Shown piece by piece: positions 1 through 9,614 of a stretch of DNA of 64,000 nucleotides; position 1 is the first letter of the stretch; each line of letters starts with the position of its first letter. The notes below the pieces were generated by a model that saw only the letters and a list, made by a program, of their open reading frames with translations, was not told where the DNA came from and searched no databases. This stretch comes from Acidobacteriota bacterium (GTDB lineage Bacteria > Acidobacteriota > Vicinamibacteria > Marinacidobacterales > Marinacidobacteraceae), in the NCBI GenBank assembly GCA_022822745.1, contig JAJEAO010000114.1:69613-133612 (forward strand). The letters run 5' to 3'. The translations under genes were made by a program, and so were the position numbers.

Positions 1-1452
1 ATCCCGGCGGATGTGGATGTCTGGCTGGCCGCCCTGGACCGCTTCGGCACCCTCAGCTTCAGCGAGGCCGCGGCGCCGGCGCTGCGCATCGCCGAGGAGG
101 GGTATCACCTCTACAAGATGCAGAAGCAGATGATCGCGGACCACCGGGAGGGCATCCTCGCCTTTCCGTACAACCGGGACTTCTGGTTTCCGAACGGGGT
201 TGGCGAGGAGCGCCTGGGCGATCTCATGGTGAACGCCGACCTGGGACGGCTCATCCGCTACCTGATGGAAGCCGAGCAGCAGGCGCTGGCCGACGGAGGC
301 AGTCGTTCCGACGGCATCCGCGCCGCCCGGGACGCGTTCTATACGGGCGAGCCGGCCCGCGCCGTGGACCGTTTCTTCCGGGAGCACGGCGGCATCGTGC
401 GATACGAGGACCTGGCGGGATACGAGAGTCGCTGGGAGGAGCCGCTCCGGACCAGCTTCCACGGCTACGACGTCCACGCCGGCGCCGGATGGAGCCAGGG
501 GCCGCGCCTCATCCTGATGCTCAACATGCTGGAGAACTACGACCTCCGGCTCCTCGGCTACAACACCGCGGAGTACATCCACCTCGTCTCCCAGGGGATC
601 AACCTGGCGATGGCGGACGCCCATCGCTACGTGGGAGACCCGGACTTCGCGCCCGCTCCGGAAGGGCTCTACGAGAAGGCGTACGCTCGGGCGCGGATCC
701 CCCTGATCGACGAGGGGCGCGCGTTTCCGGACATGCCTCCGTGGGGCGACCCGGAGCGGATGGCGGCGGTGGCGGACGATGCTCCCGACAGCTTCGTGGC
801 GCCGACGGGAGATCCGATGACGACCGGCGCAACCGGGTCGGGCGCCCGCGGGGACGGCGTCCCCATGGCGGACACCTCCTCGCTGAATGTCATGGATGGT
901 GAGGGCAACCTGTTCTCGCTCACCGAGAGCGACGGACACACCGGAACGCCGATGATCCCGGGATGGGGGTTCGGGCTGGGCAACCGGATGGGACAGTTCA
1001 ACCTCGACCCCCGACTGGCGAACGTGATGGCGCCGGGCAAGCGTCCGCGCAACACGAACTCGCCGCTGCTGGTGATGAAGGACGGCGAGCCGTTCATGGG
1101 GCTTTCCACGCCCGGTGGCGACCAGCAGATGCAGATCCTGCTGCAGGTTCTTCTGAACGTCGTGGTCTGGGGGATGTCCCCGGAACAGGCGCTGGATCAG
1201 CCCCGCTTCGGCAGCTACAACTTTCCCCCGACCGGAAGCGAGGTGAACTCGAACCCCGCCGTGCTCTACCTCGAGGACCGGATCCCGGCGGCAACAGCCG
1301 ACGCGCTCCGCGCCCTGGGGCACGATGTCCGCTCGTGGGGTCTCTGGAACTGGCTCACGGGCGCGCCCACCGTGACGTGGCGCGACCCGGAGACCGGAGT
1401 CATGACCGCCGCGGGAGACGTGCGGCGGGAGACCGCTTCGCTGGGCTTCTGA
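1..1452 (+). CDS. ggt: gamma-glutamyltranspeptidase family protein, C-terminal part (5' end lies outside window)
   Basis: ORF 13..1452 is open back to nt 1 in the same frame. Translation shows the GGT small-subunit nucleophile region (...MADTSSLNVMDGEGNLFSLTESDG...) and a conserved C-terminal GGT block. Confidence 0.8.
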   Translation: MPADVDVWLAALDRFGTLSFSEAAAPALRIAEEGYHLYKMQKQMIADHREGILAFPYNRDFWFPNGVGEERLGDLMVNADLGRLIRYLMEAEQQALADGGSRSDGIRAARDAFYTGEPARAVDRFFREHGGIVRYEDLAGYESRWEEPLRTSFHGYDVHAGAGWSQGPRLILMLNMLENYDLRLLGYNTAEYIHLVSQGINLAMADAHRYVGDPDFAPAPEGLYEKAYARARIPLIDEGRAFPDMPPWGDPERMAAVADDAPDSFVAPTGDPMTTGATGSGARGDGVPMADTSSLNVMDGEGNLFSLTESDGHTGTPMIPGWGFGLGNRMGQFNLDPRLANVMAPGKRPRNTNSPLLVMKDGEPFMGLSTPGGDQQMQILLQVLLNVVVWGMSPEQALDQPRFGSYNFPPTGSEVNSNPAVLYLEDRIPAATADALRALGHDVRSWGLWNWLTGAPTVTWRDPETGVMTAAGDVRRETASLGF

Positions 1453-2124
1453 GCCCTTCGGATCCCGGCGGCGCGGGAGTCTCGGGCCGCTGCTCGTCGC
1501 CAGGGTGGCCTATGGTGAGGGGCCCCGCACCGGCGGGGAGAAGACAGGCCTGGTGATCGCGCTTCCGCAAGGCAGGGCCCGGGGTGGGCCCGCGCCGCTG
1601 GCTCGCCGGGGAGTCGCGATGACCTCGCTCGAAGAGTCGTTGTAGAGCTCGTGAGACTTCGGACGATGATCGAGTTCCGGGAGGAGGAGCGCGCGTATCA
1701 CCGTCGGCTGATCGTGCAATCGCTCGCGTGCGGTCTGCTCGGCGCAGGACTCACGCTGTTCGGTCAGTACGCAGTGGCTCAGCTCGGCGGCTGACCGACC
1801 CGAATCCGACCTGCGGCGCCCACGCACGCGGTCGGGGGCGTCCCTTCAGCCGACCGCGTTCCCCACGACGCAGTCCGGAAAACACCGGCCATCGCAGTCG
1901 GCCGCGTACAGCGGAAAGTTGATATCGGGAACGATCATCGCCTCGAGCCATCCCGGTGCATCTGCGCGACCAGCTCCTCGTCCTGGTTCAGCTTCACCGG
2001 GTCGATTCCCGGCAGCAGGCCACCGGGCGGCGCCTCGACCCGAAACCAGGGCCGCGCCGGCGCCTTTTGGCCCGTTGCCAGCCCTCGCCGGATCACGTCA
2101 TTCAGGACGGACTGGAACGGGCGT

Positions 2125-2226
2125 CCGGCAGACACGCCGGGCGGGGCCGCTACCGCGAGAACCGGCCCGGCGTTCCGGCTGACGCGCCGGGCAGGAGCCC
2201 CGGCCGGAGCCGGGACTCCCGCCCGG
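2125..2226. repeat. REP-like intergenic repeat, copy A (motif M1 gccgggcggggccgctaccgcgagaaccggcccggcg at 2135..2171)
   Basis: Near-identical copies of M1 occur at 44065..44101, 54966..55002 and 55015..55052. The element lies just 3' of the ybbP-like gene end, and the outer 7-nt arms gccgggc/gcccggc are inverted complements. Confidence 0.6.
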
Positions 2227-2231
2227 CACAA

Positions 2232-4790
2232 TCAGTCGGCGAGGACGCGGAGGGGCTTGCGGCGAAGGACGTCGGCGGCCGCGACCGCGCCCACCGCGGC
2301 GGCGCCCACGGCGGGCAGCACGACGGCGAACACGGCGATCAACGGCTCGGCCGCGAAGGGGAGCTGCATCACCCACCGGACCACGATCCACACCGTCCCG
2401 GCGGCGCCGATCGCGGCGGCCGCGCCGGCGATGGCCCCGATCGCCCCGTGCTCCAGGAGGGTCACCGCGACGACGCGAACGCTCCCGGCGCCGAAGACCC
2501 GGAGCACGGCGGTCTCCCGCCGGCGGGCGCCGATGTGGACCGCGATGGATCCGGCGAGGATCAGAAGACCGCCGAGCAGCGCGATCAGACCCACGACCCG
2601 AATCGCGAGCGCCACCGTGTCCGCCACCTGCTGCATCGTGTTCAGCACATCGCGCAGATCCACGACGGAGACGTTCGGGAACTCGCCGACGACCGCTCCC
2701 TGGAAGCGGGCCCGCTCCACGATGTCGTCGGGGCCGCGCACGAAGCCCGCGTAGCTTTTCGGGAAGTCCCGGACCGAGTCGGGATGGAACAGGAACGTGA
2801 AGCCGCCGTTCCGGGCGTTCCGCCACTCCACGTCGCGGATCGAGGTCACTCGCGCGTCGAGCGTCTCGCCGAGGATCTCGAACCGGATCACGTCGCCCAG
2901 CGCGAGCCCGTGGTCGTCGGTGAGCCAGTCCTCCACCGAGACCTCGATTCCCTCGGCGGGGCGATCGCCCCAGAACTCGCCCGCGATCAGGGTCTCGTTG
3001 TCCTCCATCGTCGCCCGGGAGCTCACGGTGTACTCGCGCCCGAGCCCGGCGCGGCGCACCGCCCGGCGGTCGGGATACTCGAACGTCGCCCCGAAGACGC
3101 CCTGGATGCGGGTCTGGAGCACCGGGATCAGGTTGATGTCGGGCGCGCCGCTCGCCGCGGAGCGCTCGCGCACTTCGGCGAGCTGGTCCTCCTGGATATC
3201 GAGGAAGAACAGATCGGGCGCCTCGCTGTCCTCCTGGAAGGCGAACTCGCGCTGCAGATTGCGCTCGATGCCGACCGCCGCGGTCACGAGGAAGACGCCG
3301 ACGCCGAGCGCCACGAGCACGACGCGCACCTGCGTCGCGCCCCGGAGCACCGTCCTGACGGCGTGGCGCACCGCGAAACTCCGGGCCCCCATGAGCGGTC
3401 CGAGGCTGCGGAGGAGGATGCCGCCGAGCACCCACAGGAGAACCGCCACCGCGACGAACCCCCCGGTCACCGCCAGCGTGATCAGCGCCGATCCGGACTG
3501 CCAGCCGGCGAAGCCGAAGAAGGCGACCGCCGCCGTGGCCGCGACGGCGGTCTCGGTTCGTCGGGTGCGGGACGAGGCGTCCTCATCCAGCAGGTCGCCG
3601 CTGCGCAGGAGGCCCAGCGGCCGCACCCGCCGGAGCGGCAGCAGCGGGAAGAGCGCCGACAGCAGGGACACCACGAGGCCGGTGAGCGCCCCCTGAAACG
3701 CGGCGAGCGGCGTCAGGCCGGCGGTGAACCGGACGCCGAAGCTGTCCACCGGCGGGATGAACAGGTGGAGCGCCACGGCCCCCACCGCGATCCCGAACGC
3801 CGACGCCAGCGCGGCGAGGACGAGCACCTGGATCAGGGCGGTCCAGAGGATGACGCCCGACGGGACGCCCAGGCACCGCTCGATCGCCGCGGACCGGAGC
3901 CCCTGCCGGGCGAAGGCCCGGGCTGCGCTGAAGACCCCGATGCCACCGAGGACGAGGATGACGAACCCGGCGAGGCTCAGGTAGTCCTCGGCGCGCTGGA
4001 TCCGCCGCGCCAGCCGGGCGCCGGTCTGCCGGTAGGTGCGAACCCGCACCGGCTGCTCCTCGAGCGCGACGCGCAGCGCCGACGCCAGCTCGGCGGCCTG
4101 TTCGTCGTCCCCGACCGCGAACAGGACCTCCCGGCGCCCGCGGCCCGCCACATCCACCAGCCCGGTGGCGCGGAGATCCTCGAGCCCGACGAGAACGCGG
4201 GGGCCGCGGGAGAAGAAATCCACGCCCGCGCCCGGCTCCCGCAGCAACTCGCCCCGCACCTCGAATCCCGCGCCGCCGAGGATCAGCTCGTCGCCGACTT
4301 CGAGGCCGAGCCGGGCGGCGAGCTCGGGACGCACGATCGCGCCGCCTCCGGCGAGGAGCTCCGACGCGAAGTTCAGACCACCTGCGAGTTCCATCTCGCC
4401 GTAGAGGGGGAAGGCTCCGTCCACGCCCTTCAGCTCGACCATGGCGGCGCGAAGCGGGTCGGCGGCCGAACGGGCGAGCGTGGCGATCTGCGCCGCCCGC
4501 GCCACTCCGGCGAGCGGATGAACGGAAGCGGCGTCGTCCATGGCCGCCTCGACCTCGGGCGTGAACCCCTCCGAGGTGGAGACGACGACATCGGCCGCCA
4601 TCAGGAAGCGGGACTCCGTCTCGAGCGCCTGGTGGAGGCTGTCGGCCGCGGAGCGCAGCACGACGATGGCCGCCACGCCGATTCCGACGGCGAGGAAGAA
4701 GACGGCGAGCCGCCGGATCGAGGATCGCAGCTCGCGCGCCGCCATCCGGAGCGCGAAGCCGACCGGCCGGAAGCCGGGCGGGGATGGCAT
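2232..4790 (-). CDS. ABC transporter permease with two FtsX-like domains (YbbP/LolE-MacB-type, 852 aa)
   Basis: Long hydrophobic ORF with FtsX/MacB-type permease architecture. Its start codon overlaps the stop of the upstream ABC ATPase (TGATG coupling at 4788..4792). Confidence 0.8.
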   Translation of the reverse strand: MPSPPGFRPVGFALRMAARELRSSIRRLAVFFLAVGIGVAAIVVLRSAADSLHQALETESRFLMAADVVVSTSEGFTPEVEAAMDDAASVHPLAGVARAAQIATLARSAADPLRAAMVELKGVDGAFPLYGEMELAGGLNFASELLAGGGAIVRPELAARLGLEVGDELILGGAGFEVRGELLREPGAGVDFFSRGPRVLVGLEDLRATGLVDVAGRGRREVLFAVGDDEQAAELASALRVALEEQPVRVRTYRQTGARLARRIQRAEDYLSLAGFVILVLGGIGVFSAARAFARQGLRSAAIERCLGVPSGVILWTALIQVLVLAALASAFGIAVGAVALHLFIPPVDSFGVRFTAGLTPLAAFQGALTGLVVSLLSALFPLLPLRRVRPLGLLRSGDLLDEDASSRTRRTETAVAATAAVAFFGFAGWQSGSALITLAVTGGFVAVAVLLWVLGGILLRSLGPLMGARSFAVRHAVRTVLRGATQVRVVLVALGVGVFLVTAAVGIERNLQREFAFQEDSEAPDLFFLDIQEDQLAEVRERSAASGAPDINLIPVLQTRIQGVFGATFEYPDRRAVRRAGLGREYTVSSRATMEDNETLIAGEFWGDRPAEGIEVSVEDWLTDDHGLALGDVIRFEILGETLDARVTSIRDVEWRNARNGGFTFLFHPDSVRDFPKSYAGFVRGPDDIVERARFQGAVVGEFPNVSVVDLRDVLNTMQQVADTVALAIRVVGLIALLGGLLILAGSIAVHIGARRRETAVLRVFGAGSVRVVAVTLLEHGAIGAIAGAAAAIGAAGTVWIVVRWVMQLPFAAEPLIAVFAVVLPAVGAAAVGAVAAADVLRRKPLRVLAD

Positions 4791-5542
4791 CAGACGCCGG
4801 CGAGCGCCGGTTCCGGCTCGGGCGCGACGGCGAGCGGGAGGGGCTCGGGAGGCGGCTCGTCGTGCAGACGGCCTCCGCGAAGGAGAAGGCGGCGGTCCGC
4901 CCGGGCGGCGAGGCTGGAATCGTGGGTCGCGACCAGGAGCGTGGCGCCGGTCCGGTCCCGCACGCCGACGAGCAGGTCGGCGATCCGCCCGCCGGTGTCC
5001 TCGTCGAGGTTGCCGGTGGGCTCGTCGGCGAGAACGACGGTGGGCTCGTTCGAGATCGCCCGCGCGATCGCCACGCGCTGCTGTTCGCCGCCGGACAGCT
5101 TCGACGGCAGGTGATGCGCCCGCTCGGCCAGCCCGAACGATTCGAGCAGCCGCCGCGCCCGGTCATGGGCATCCCGAAGACCCGCGATCTCGAGCGGAAC
5201 GCCGACGTTCTCCAGCGCGGTCAGGTTCGGCAGCAGGTGGAACGACTGGAACACGAACCCGAGGTGCTTCGCGCGGAAGCGGGCGAGCTGCTCCTCGTCG
5301 AGCGACCCGAGATCGGTTCCGGCGACCGAGACCGAACCCGCGGTCGGGGCGTCCAGCCCGGCGAGGAGCCCGAGCAGCGTGGACTTGCCGCTCCCGGACG
5401 GCCCCCGGACGCACACGATCTCGCCCGCCTCGGCCACCAGATCCAGATCCTGGAGGATCACGAGGGGGCGTCCCCCGCTCCGGACCGTCTTGCCCAGACC
5501 CTCCGCCCGGATCGCGGGCGACGCCCCGCTCGGCTCGTTCAT
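4790..5542 (-). CDS. ABC transporter ATP-binding protein (YbbA/LolD-like)
   Basis: Walker A GPSGSGKST, ABC signature LSGGEQQRVAIARA and Walker B VVLADEPTGNLD are present. The start was chosen at internal Met MNEPSGASP (5542) because the Arg/Gly-rich 150-aa N-extension of ORF 4790..5995 is a GC artefact. Start ATG overlaps the tesA-like stop. Confidence 0.85.
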   Translation of the reverse strand: MNEPSGASPAIRAEGLGKTVRSGGRPLVILQDLDLVAEAGEIVCVRGPSGSGKSTLLGLLAGLDAPTAGSVSVAGTDLGSLDEEQLARFRAKHLGFVFQSFHLLPNLTALENVGVPLEIAGLRDAHDRARRLLESFGLAERAHHLPSKLSGGEQQRVAIARAISNEPTVVLADEPTGNLDEDTGGRIADLLVGVRDRTGATLLVATHDSSLAARADRRLLLRGGRLHDEPPPEPLPLAVAPEPEPALAGV

Positions 5543-6357
5543 CGGCTCATTTCCCCTTCCGACGGCTCGGCGTCCGCCGCCTCCGGCCCTTCGGTAACGG
5601 CCGCCGCCCCACCGGGTTCCCCGAGGAGCGGTTCGAGACCCCGCCACACGGTCGCAGCGAGGCGGCGCGCGCCCTCGGGATTCGGGTGGGTGCGGTCCCG
5701 CTGGTTGAGCTCCGGCACGCCGGCCACGCCTTCGAGGATGTCCTCGACCAGCGCCACCCCGGACTGCGCCGCGACGTCCGGGAACACGGCGGCGAACGCC
5801 TCTTCGTAGTCGGGGCCCAGTTCCGGCGGCGAGGGCACGCCGGCGAGGAGCACCCGGAGGCCGCGGCGCTCCGCCTCCCCGATCATCGCGAGCAGGTTTT
5901 CCGCCATCGCGTCGGGCGGCGACCCCCGGAGCCCGTCGTTCCCGCCGAGCGCGAGGACGACGAGCCTGGCCTCTGGCTCCCGGTCGAGCACCCACGGCAG
6001 GCGCCGCAGCCCCCCGGCGGTCGTCTCCCCCGAGACCCCGGCGTTCACGACGCGGTAGGCATGCCCCTCGGCGTCGAGGCGCTCCTGGAGTCGGGCGGGC
6101 CAGGCCTCGGTGACGTCCACTCCGTAACCGGCAGTGAGGCTGTCGCCGAAGGCCACGATCGCGGGCCGGTCATCGGCCGTCGCCTCGGAGAGCGGAGGAG
6201 GCCGGACAGGCGCCGGCGCCGACTCCGGAGGCGGGACCTCCTCGGGCGCCGGATCACCGCAGGCGCCGAAGGACGCGAACAACCAGAACGCTGCCGCCGC
6301 GCCGCCGACCCGGCGAAGACGACGGGGCCGAGCCCGGACGGCTCGACACGGTGCCAT
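5539..6357 (-). CDS. tesA: SGNH/GDSL hydrolase, TesA-like arylesterase/lysophospholipase L1 with signal peptide
   Basis: GDSLTAGYG block (SGNH block I) followed by GGNDG. Gene order tesA-ybbA-ybbP mirrors the E. coli neighbourhood, but here all three are on one strand. Confidence 0.75.
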   Translation of the reverse strand: MAPCRAVRARPRRLRRVGGAAAAFWLFASFGACGDPAPEEVPPPESAPAPVRPPPLSEATADDRPAIVAFGDSLTAGYGVDVTEAWPARLQERLDAEGHAYRVVNAGVSGETTAGGLRRLPWVLDREPEARLVVLALGGNDGLRGSPPDAMAENLLAMIGEAERRGLRVLLAGVPSPPELGPDYEEAFAAVFPDVAAQSGVALVEDILEGVAGVPELNQRDRTHPNPEGARRLAATVWRGLEPLLGEPGGAAAVTEGPEAADAEPSEGEMSR

Positions 6358-6370
6358 GGCGCCCGGGGCC

Positions 6371-8959
6371 CTACTCGCCGACGAGGGCGTTGAAGAAGAG
6401 CTTGAAGGTGCCGTGCGTCTGCGCCCGGTGCTGGGCCCGGAACCCGATCATCACGATCTCGCCCTCGCCGTGCCGGACCGAGACCATCGCCGCCTTGTTC
6501 GCAATGGCTTCCTCGCCGAGCAGCCAGCCGCTTTGCAGCAGATCGCGGTCGCGGTAGGTGACGACCCGCCGGACATCGGAGCTGCGTCGGCCGGGCACGG
6601 TCTCGTACACCTGCCCGCCGGCCAGATAGGCGATCAGGGCGTCCTCGGGCATCCCGAAACCGAAGCGGCTCGATGTGTCCACCGAGACCCGGAGGGTCGA
6701 GCCGGGGGCCCAGAACTCGTTCCCCCACATTCCCGCCACCGCGTCGCGGACCGGGACGTCGAACTCGTCGAGGACGAGCTGCCCGGCCTGGGCGAAGGTG
6801 ACGAGCGTCCCGCCGGCGCGCGCGAAGGCGTCGAGCGCCTCGGCGCCCTCCCGGCCGAAGCCGCTGCGGAACTCGGGCGGCGTGCCCGCCGGATCCGGAC
6901 CCCGCCCGCCGCTCGCGGCGTCGGGCGAAGGCCCGAGCATCATCTCCTTCGAGTCCGCGGGCAGGATGATGACGTCCCAGCGCTCGTGGAGGTCACCGGT
7001 CAGGATCTCCTCGTCGAAGAGGCTCGTGTACTCGAAATCGAAGTCCTCGAGAAGCAGACGGGTCCAGCCCTCGTCCATGTTTCCGCCGTAGAAGCGCTGG
7101 TACATCCCGATCCGCCGCTGCGAGAGCGGCGTGGTCGCGGCGCCGGCGGGGGCTGCGGTGAAGGCGACGCCGGTGGCGGCCGCGACTTCGCGCAGCGTGG
7201 CCGGGTCGGTTCCCGCGGCCACCACGAAGTCGCCGGACTCGGCCCCCGCGGCGTCCGCCGTCACGCGGGACACCGAAGCGCCTGCGGCGAAGAGCCGGTT
7301 CACGGCGCGGAACGCGTCATTCAGAGCCCCGTCCACGAGGTAGCCATCCGGCGCCGAGCCCGCGACCTCTCCCGCGGGCATCTTGCGCTCGAGGACGACT
7401 TCGAGGTCCGCCCCGACCGGCGTCGAGGCCTCGTCCACCCGGACGCCCATGAACTCCGCGAGCACATCCCCCGACATGTCGTAGGGCCGGATCGGATCTC
7501 CGTCGGTGGTCCGGGTGTAGCTGTTGTCGGGATAGAACGTCCGCCCGAGCAGCCAGCGCACGACGCCCTGCTTCGGCTGCGCCATCGAGACCACGAAACT
7601 GCCCGGCCCGTACACCCGGCCCTCGTGGGTGAAGCCGCCCGGGGTCCGCTCCACGGTGATCCCCTGGAGCAGCAGCTTGTCCACCATCTTCCCGGCAGTC
7701 AGCGGATCGTGCTGGCTCGCCGGGACGATGTAGGCCTTCACCCTGCCCTCCGCGCCGCGGCGGGTCTGGCGACTCGCCTTCAGCCACGCGTTCCGCAGCA
7801 CGGTCTCGCGGTTCCGGGCGGCGATCTCGAGCGGCGAGAACGTGGCCGAGATCTGCCGATCCACGATGTCGCGAACCCGCCACCAGCCGCCCGGCCACGG
7901 GTTCGGGAAGGTCGTCTGCGCCTCGTACTCGGGGAGCTGGCGGGAGCCGCGGAGCTGATCCGGGTGAACGTAGAGCGGCGTGGCGAAGCGCGCGCTGGCG
8001 GACTCGGTGAGCATCCCGGCGATGTTGTGGAACGGGGTGATCCAGTGGAAGCCGAAATGGCCCCAGCCCGAATAGATCGCCGAGTTGACCGTTCCCTCGA
8101 AGCCCTCCTCCTCCATGCGGTAGGCCATGTGGGCGCCGTACCAGGACATCTCGCGCCAGACGATCGGGTCCGCTCCCGGGCGGATGGGCTCGGCGTAGGG
8201 GGGCAGGTAGATGCGCGCGGTGTAGGCGCCCATCTGGTGGTGGTCAATGAACCCCTGGGGGATCCAGTCGCGGAACAGGAACGATGCGACGTAGCGCGAC
8301 TCCACCGTGTTCTGCATGAAGGCGTCGCGGTTGTTGTCGTGCCCGATGTAGTGGTGGTAGAGGCCGGGCTGCTGCGCCGCTTCGTACTCGGTCCCCACCC
8401 AGCGGTCGTACCACTCGTTCACCAGGTCCACGCCGTCCGGGTTCATCGAGGGGACGAGGATCGAGATCGTGCTGTCGAGGATCTCGTGGATGCCGGGGTC
8501 GTCGCGGGTGGCGAACATCCAGACGATCTCGGCGGCCGACTGGCTGGCAGCGACCTCGTTGGCGTGGAGCGCGTAGCCCTGGAGGAAGACGACCTTCCCC
8601 TCCCGGATCGCCCGTTCGATTTCCTCCTCGGAATGGCCGCGCGGATCCTGGAGAACCGCGTTCATCCGCTGGTAGTCGTCGAGCCGGGACAGATTCTCCG
8701 GTGACGAGACGAACAGCACGAGGAACGGCCGTCCCAGGGTCGAGGACCCCATGTTGACGAGCCGGACCCGATCGCTCTCCTCGCCGATCCGCTCGTAGTA
8801 CTCGACCAGCTTCGGCCACTTGGCCAGCTTGCGATCCTCGCCCATCCGGTGCCCGAAGAACTCCTCCGGGGTCGGGATCTGCGCCATGGCCGGGAGGGCG
8901 AACAGCAGGGCGAGAGACGCGCAGAGAAGGGAGAGACGGCGAGCGGGGCGAAAGGTCAT
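6371..8959 (-). CDS. M14-family zinc carboxypeptidase with long C-terminal domain, secreted (863 aa)
   Basis: Signal peptide MTFRPARRLSLLCASLALLFALPAMAQ, then an M14 core (HANEVAAS...HHYIGHDNNRDAFM...GYALHANE-type motifs). Start chosen at internal Met 8959 because the upstream part of ORF 6371..9685 is Arg/Pro-rich artefact. Confidence 0.75.
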   Translation of the reverse strand: MTFRPARRLSLLCASLALLFALPAMAQIPTPEEFFGHRMGEDRKLAKWPKLVEYYERIGEESDRVRLVNMGSSTLGRPFLVLFVSSPENLSRLDDYQRMNAVLQDPRGHSEEEIERAIREGKVVFLQGYALHANEVAASQSAAEIVWMFATRDDPGIHEILDSTISILVPSMNPDGVDLVNEWYDRWVGTEYEAAQQPGLYHHYIGHDNNRDAFMQNTVESRYVASFLFRDWIPQGFIDHHQMGAYTARIYLPPYAEPIRPGADPIVWREMSWYGAHMAYRMEEEGFEGTVNSAIYSGWGHFGFHWITPFHNIAGMLTESASARFATPLYVHPDQLRGSRQLPEYEAQTTFPNPWPGGWWRVRDIVDRQISATFSPLEIAARNRETVLRNAWLKASRQTRRGAEGRVKAYIVPASQHDPLTAGKMVDKLLLQGITVERTPGGFTHEGRVYGPGSFVVSMAQPKQGVVRWLLGRTFYPDNSYTRTTDGDPIRPYDMSGDVLAEFMGVRVDEASTPVGADLEVVLERKMPAGEVAGSAPDGYLVDGALNDAFRAVNRLFAAGASVSRVTADAAGAESGDFVVAAGTDPATLREVAAATGVAFTAAPAGAATTPLSQRRIGMYQRFYGGNMDEGWTRLLLEDFDFEYTSLFDEEILTGDLHERWDVIILPADSKEMMLGPSPDAASGGRGPDPAGTPPEFRSGFGREGAEALDAFARAGGTLVTFAQAGQLVLDEFDVPVRDAVAGMWGNEFWAPGSTLRVSVDTSSRFGFGMPEDALIAYLAGGQVYETVPGRRSSDVRRVVTYRDRDLLQSGWLLGEEAIANKAAMVSVRHGEGEIVMIGFRAQHRAQTHGTFKLFFNALVGE

Positions 8960-9153
8960 GGCGGAGGCGGCGGCCCTCCCGGGCTCCTCGAGAGAAGACC
9001 CCCACCCACCCCGATCGCGAGAAAGGATAGCCCGGATTCCTCCCGCCGCCCGCAATCGGCGCGGGTGGATCGGGTCTCGATTCGACCGCCTGCCGCGGGA
9101 CGGCGCGGGCGCGGCGATTCGGACCGGCTGGCGCCGGATAAGATCCGCCGCCG

Positions 9154-9603
9154 ATGGACGCCCGGCCGGACCGCCCCCCGCGGACGGTCGTCTTCCTGTG
9201 CGTGGCGAACTCGGCGCGCAGCCAGCTCGCGGAGGCGGTGGCGAGGCCGATCGCTCCTCCGGGGGTTCGGGTGATGAGCGCGGGCTCGCAGCCCTGGCGG
9301 GTCCACCCGGTCGCGGTCCGGGTGCTCGCCGAGATCGGACTCGATGTCTCGGGCGCCCGCTCCAAGGGCACGGACGAGATCCCGATCGCGGAGGCAGACC
9401 TGGTCGTGACGCTGTGCGCCGAAGAGGTCTGCCCGGTCGTGCCGCCTTCGGTGCGGCGCCTCCACTGGCCGCTTCCCGATCCGGCGGCGGGATGGGGCGA
9501 GGAGGATCTGCTCCGGCGATTCCGGGCCACCCGCGACGAGCTGCGGACGCGGATCGCCGAGCTGTTCGAGCGGGAGTTCGCCCGCGACGCCCCGTCGGAG
9601 TGA
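9154..9603 (+). CDS. low-molecular-weight phosphotyrosine phosphatase / ArsC-family (thioredoxin-type arsenate reductase-like)
   Basis: P-loop CVANSARSQ (CX5R) at the N-terminus and conserved DLVVTLC...C block; 149 aa. Confidence 0.7.
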   Translation: MDARPDRPPRTVVFLCVANSARSQLAEAVARPIAPPGVRVMSAGSQPWRVHPVAVRVLAEIGLDVSGARSKGTDEIPIAEADLVVTLCAEEVCPVVPPSVRRLHWPLPDPAAGWGEEDLLRRFRATRDELRTRIAELFEREFARDAPSE

Positions 9604-9614
9604 TCTGACCCGGT

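Noticed and set aside
1956-5114. Very long Arg/Gly/Asp-rich ORFs on both strands overlapping the ybbP/ybbA genes (e.g. 1956..5114 +, 2098..3435 -, 3583..5172 -)
   Set aside because: Composition is dominated by R/G/P/A/D with no hydrophobic core or motifs, and they lie antisense or out of frame to genes with clear homology. They are typical stop-codon-poor artefacts of 70%-GC DNA.
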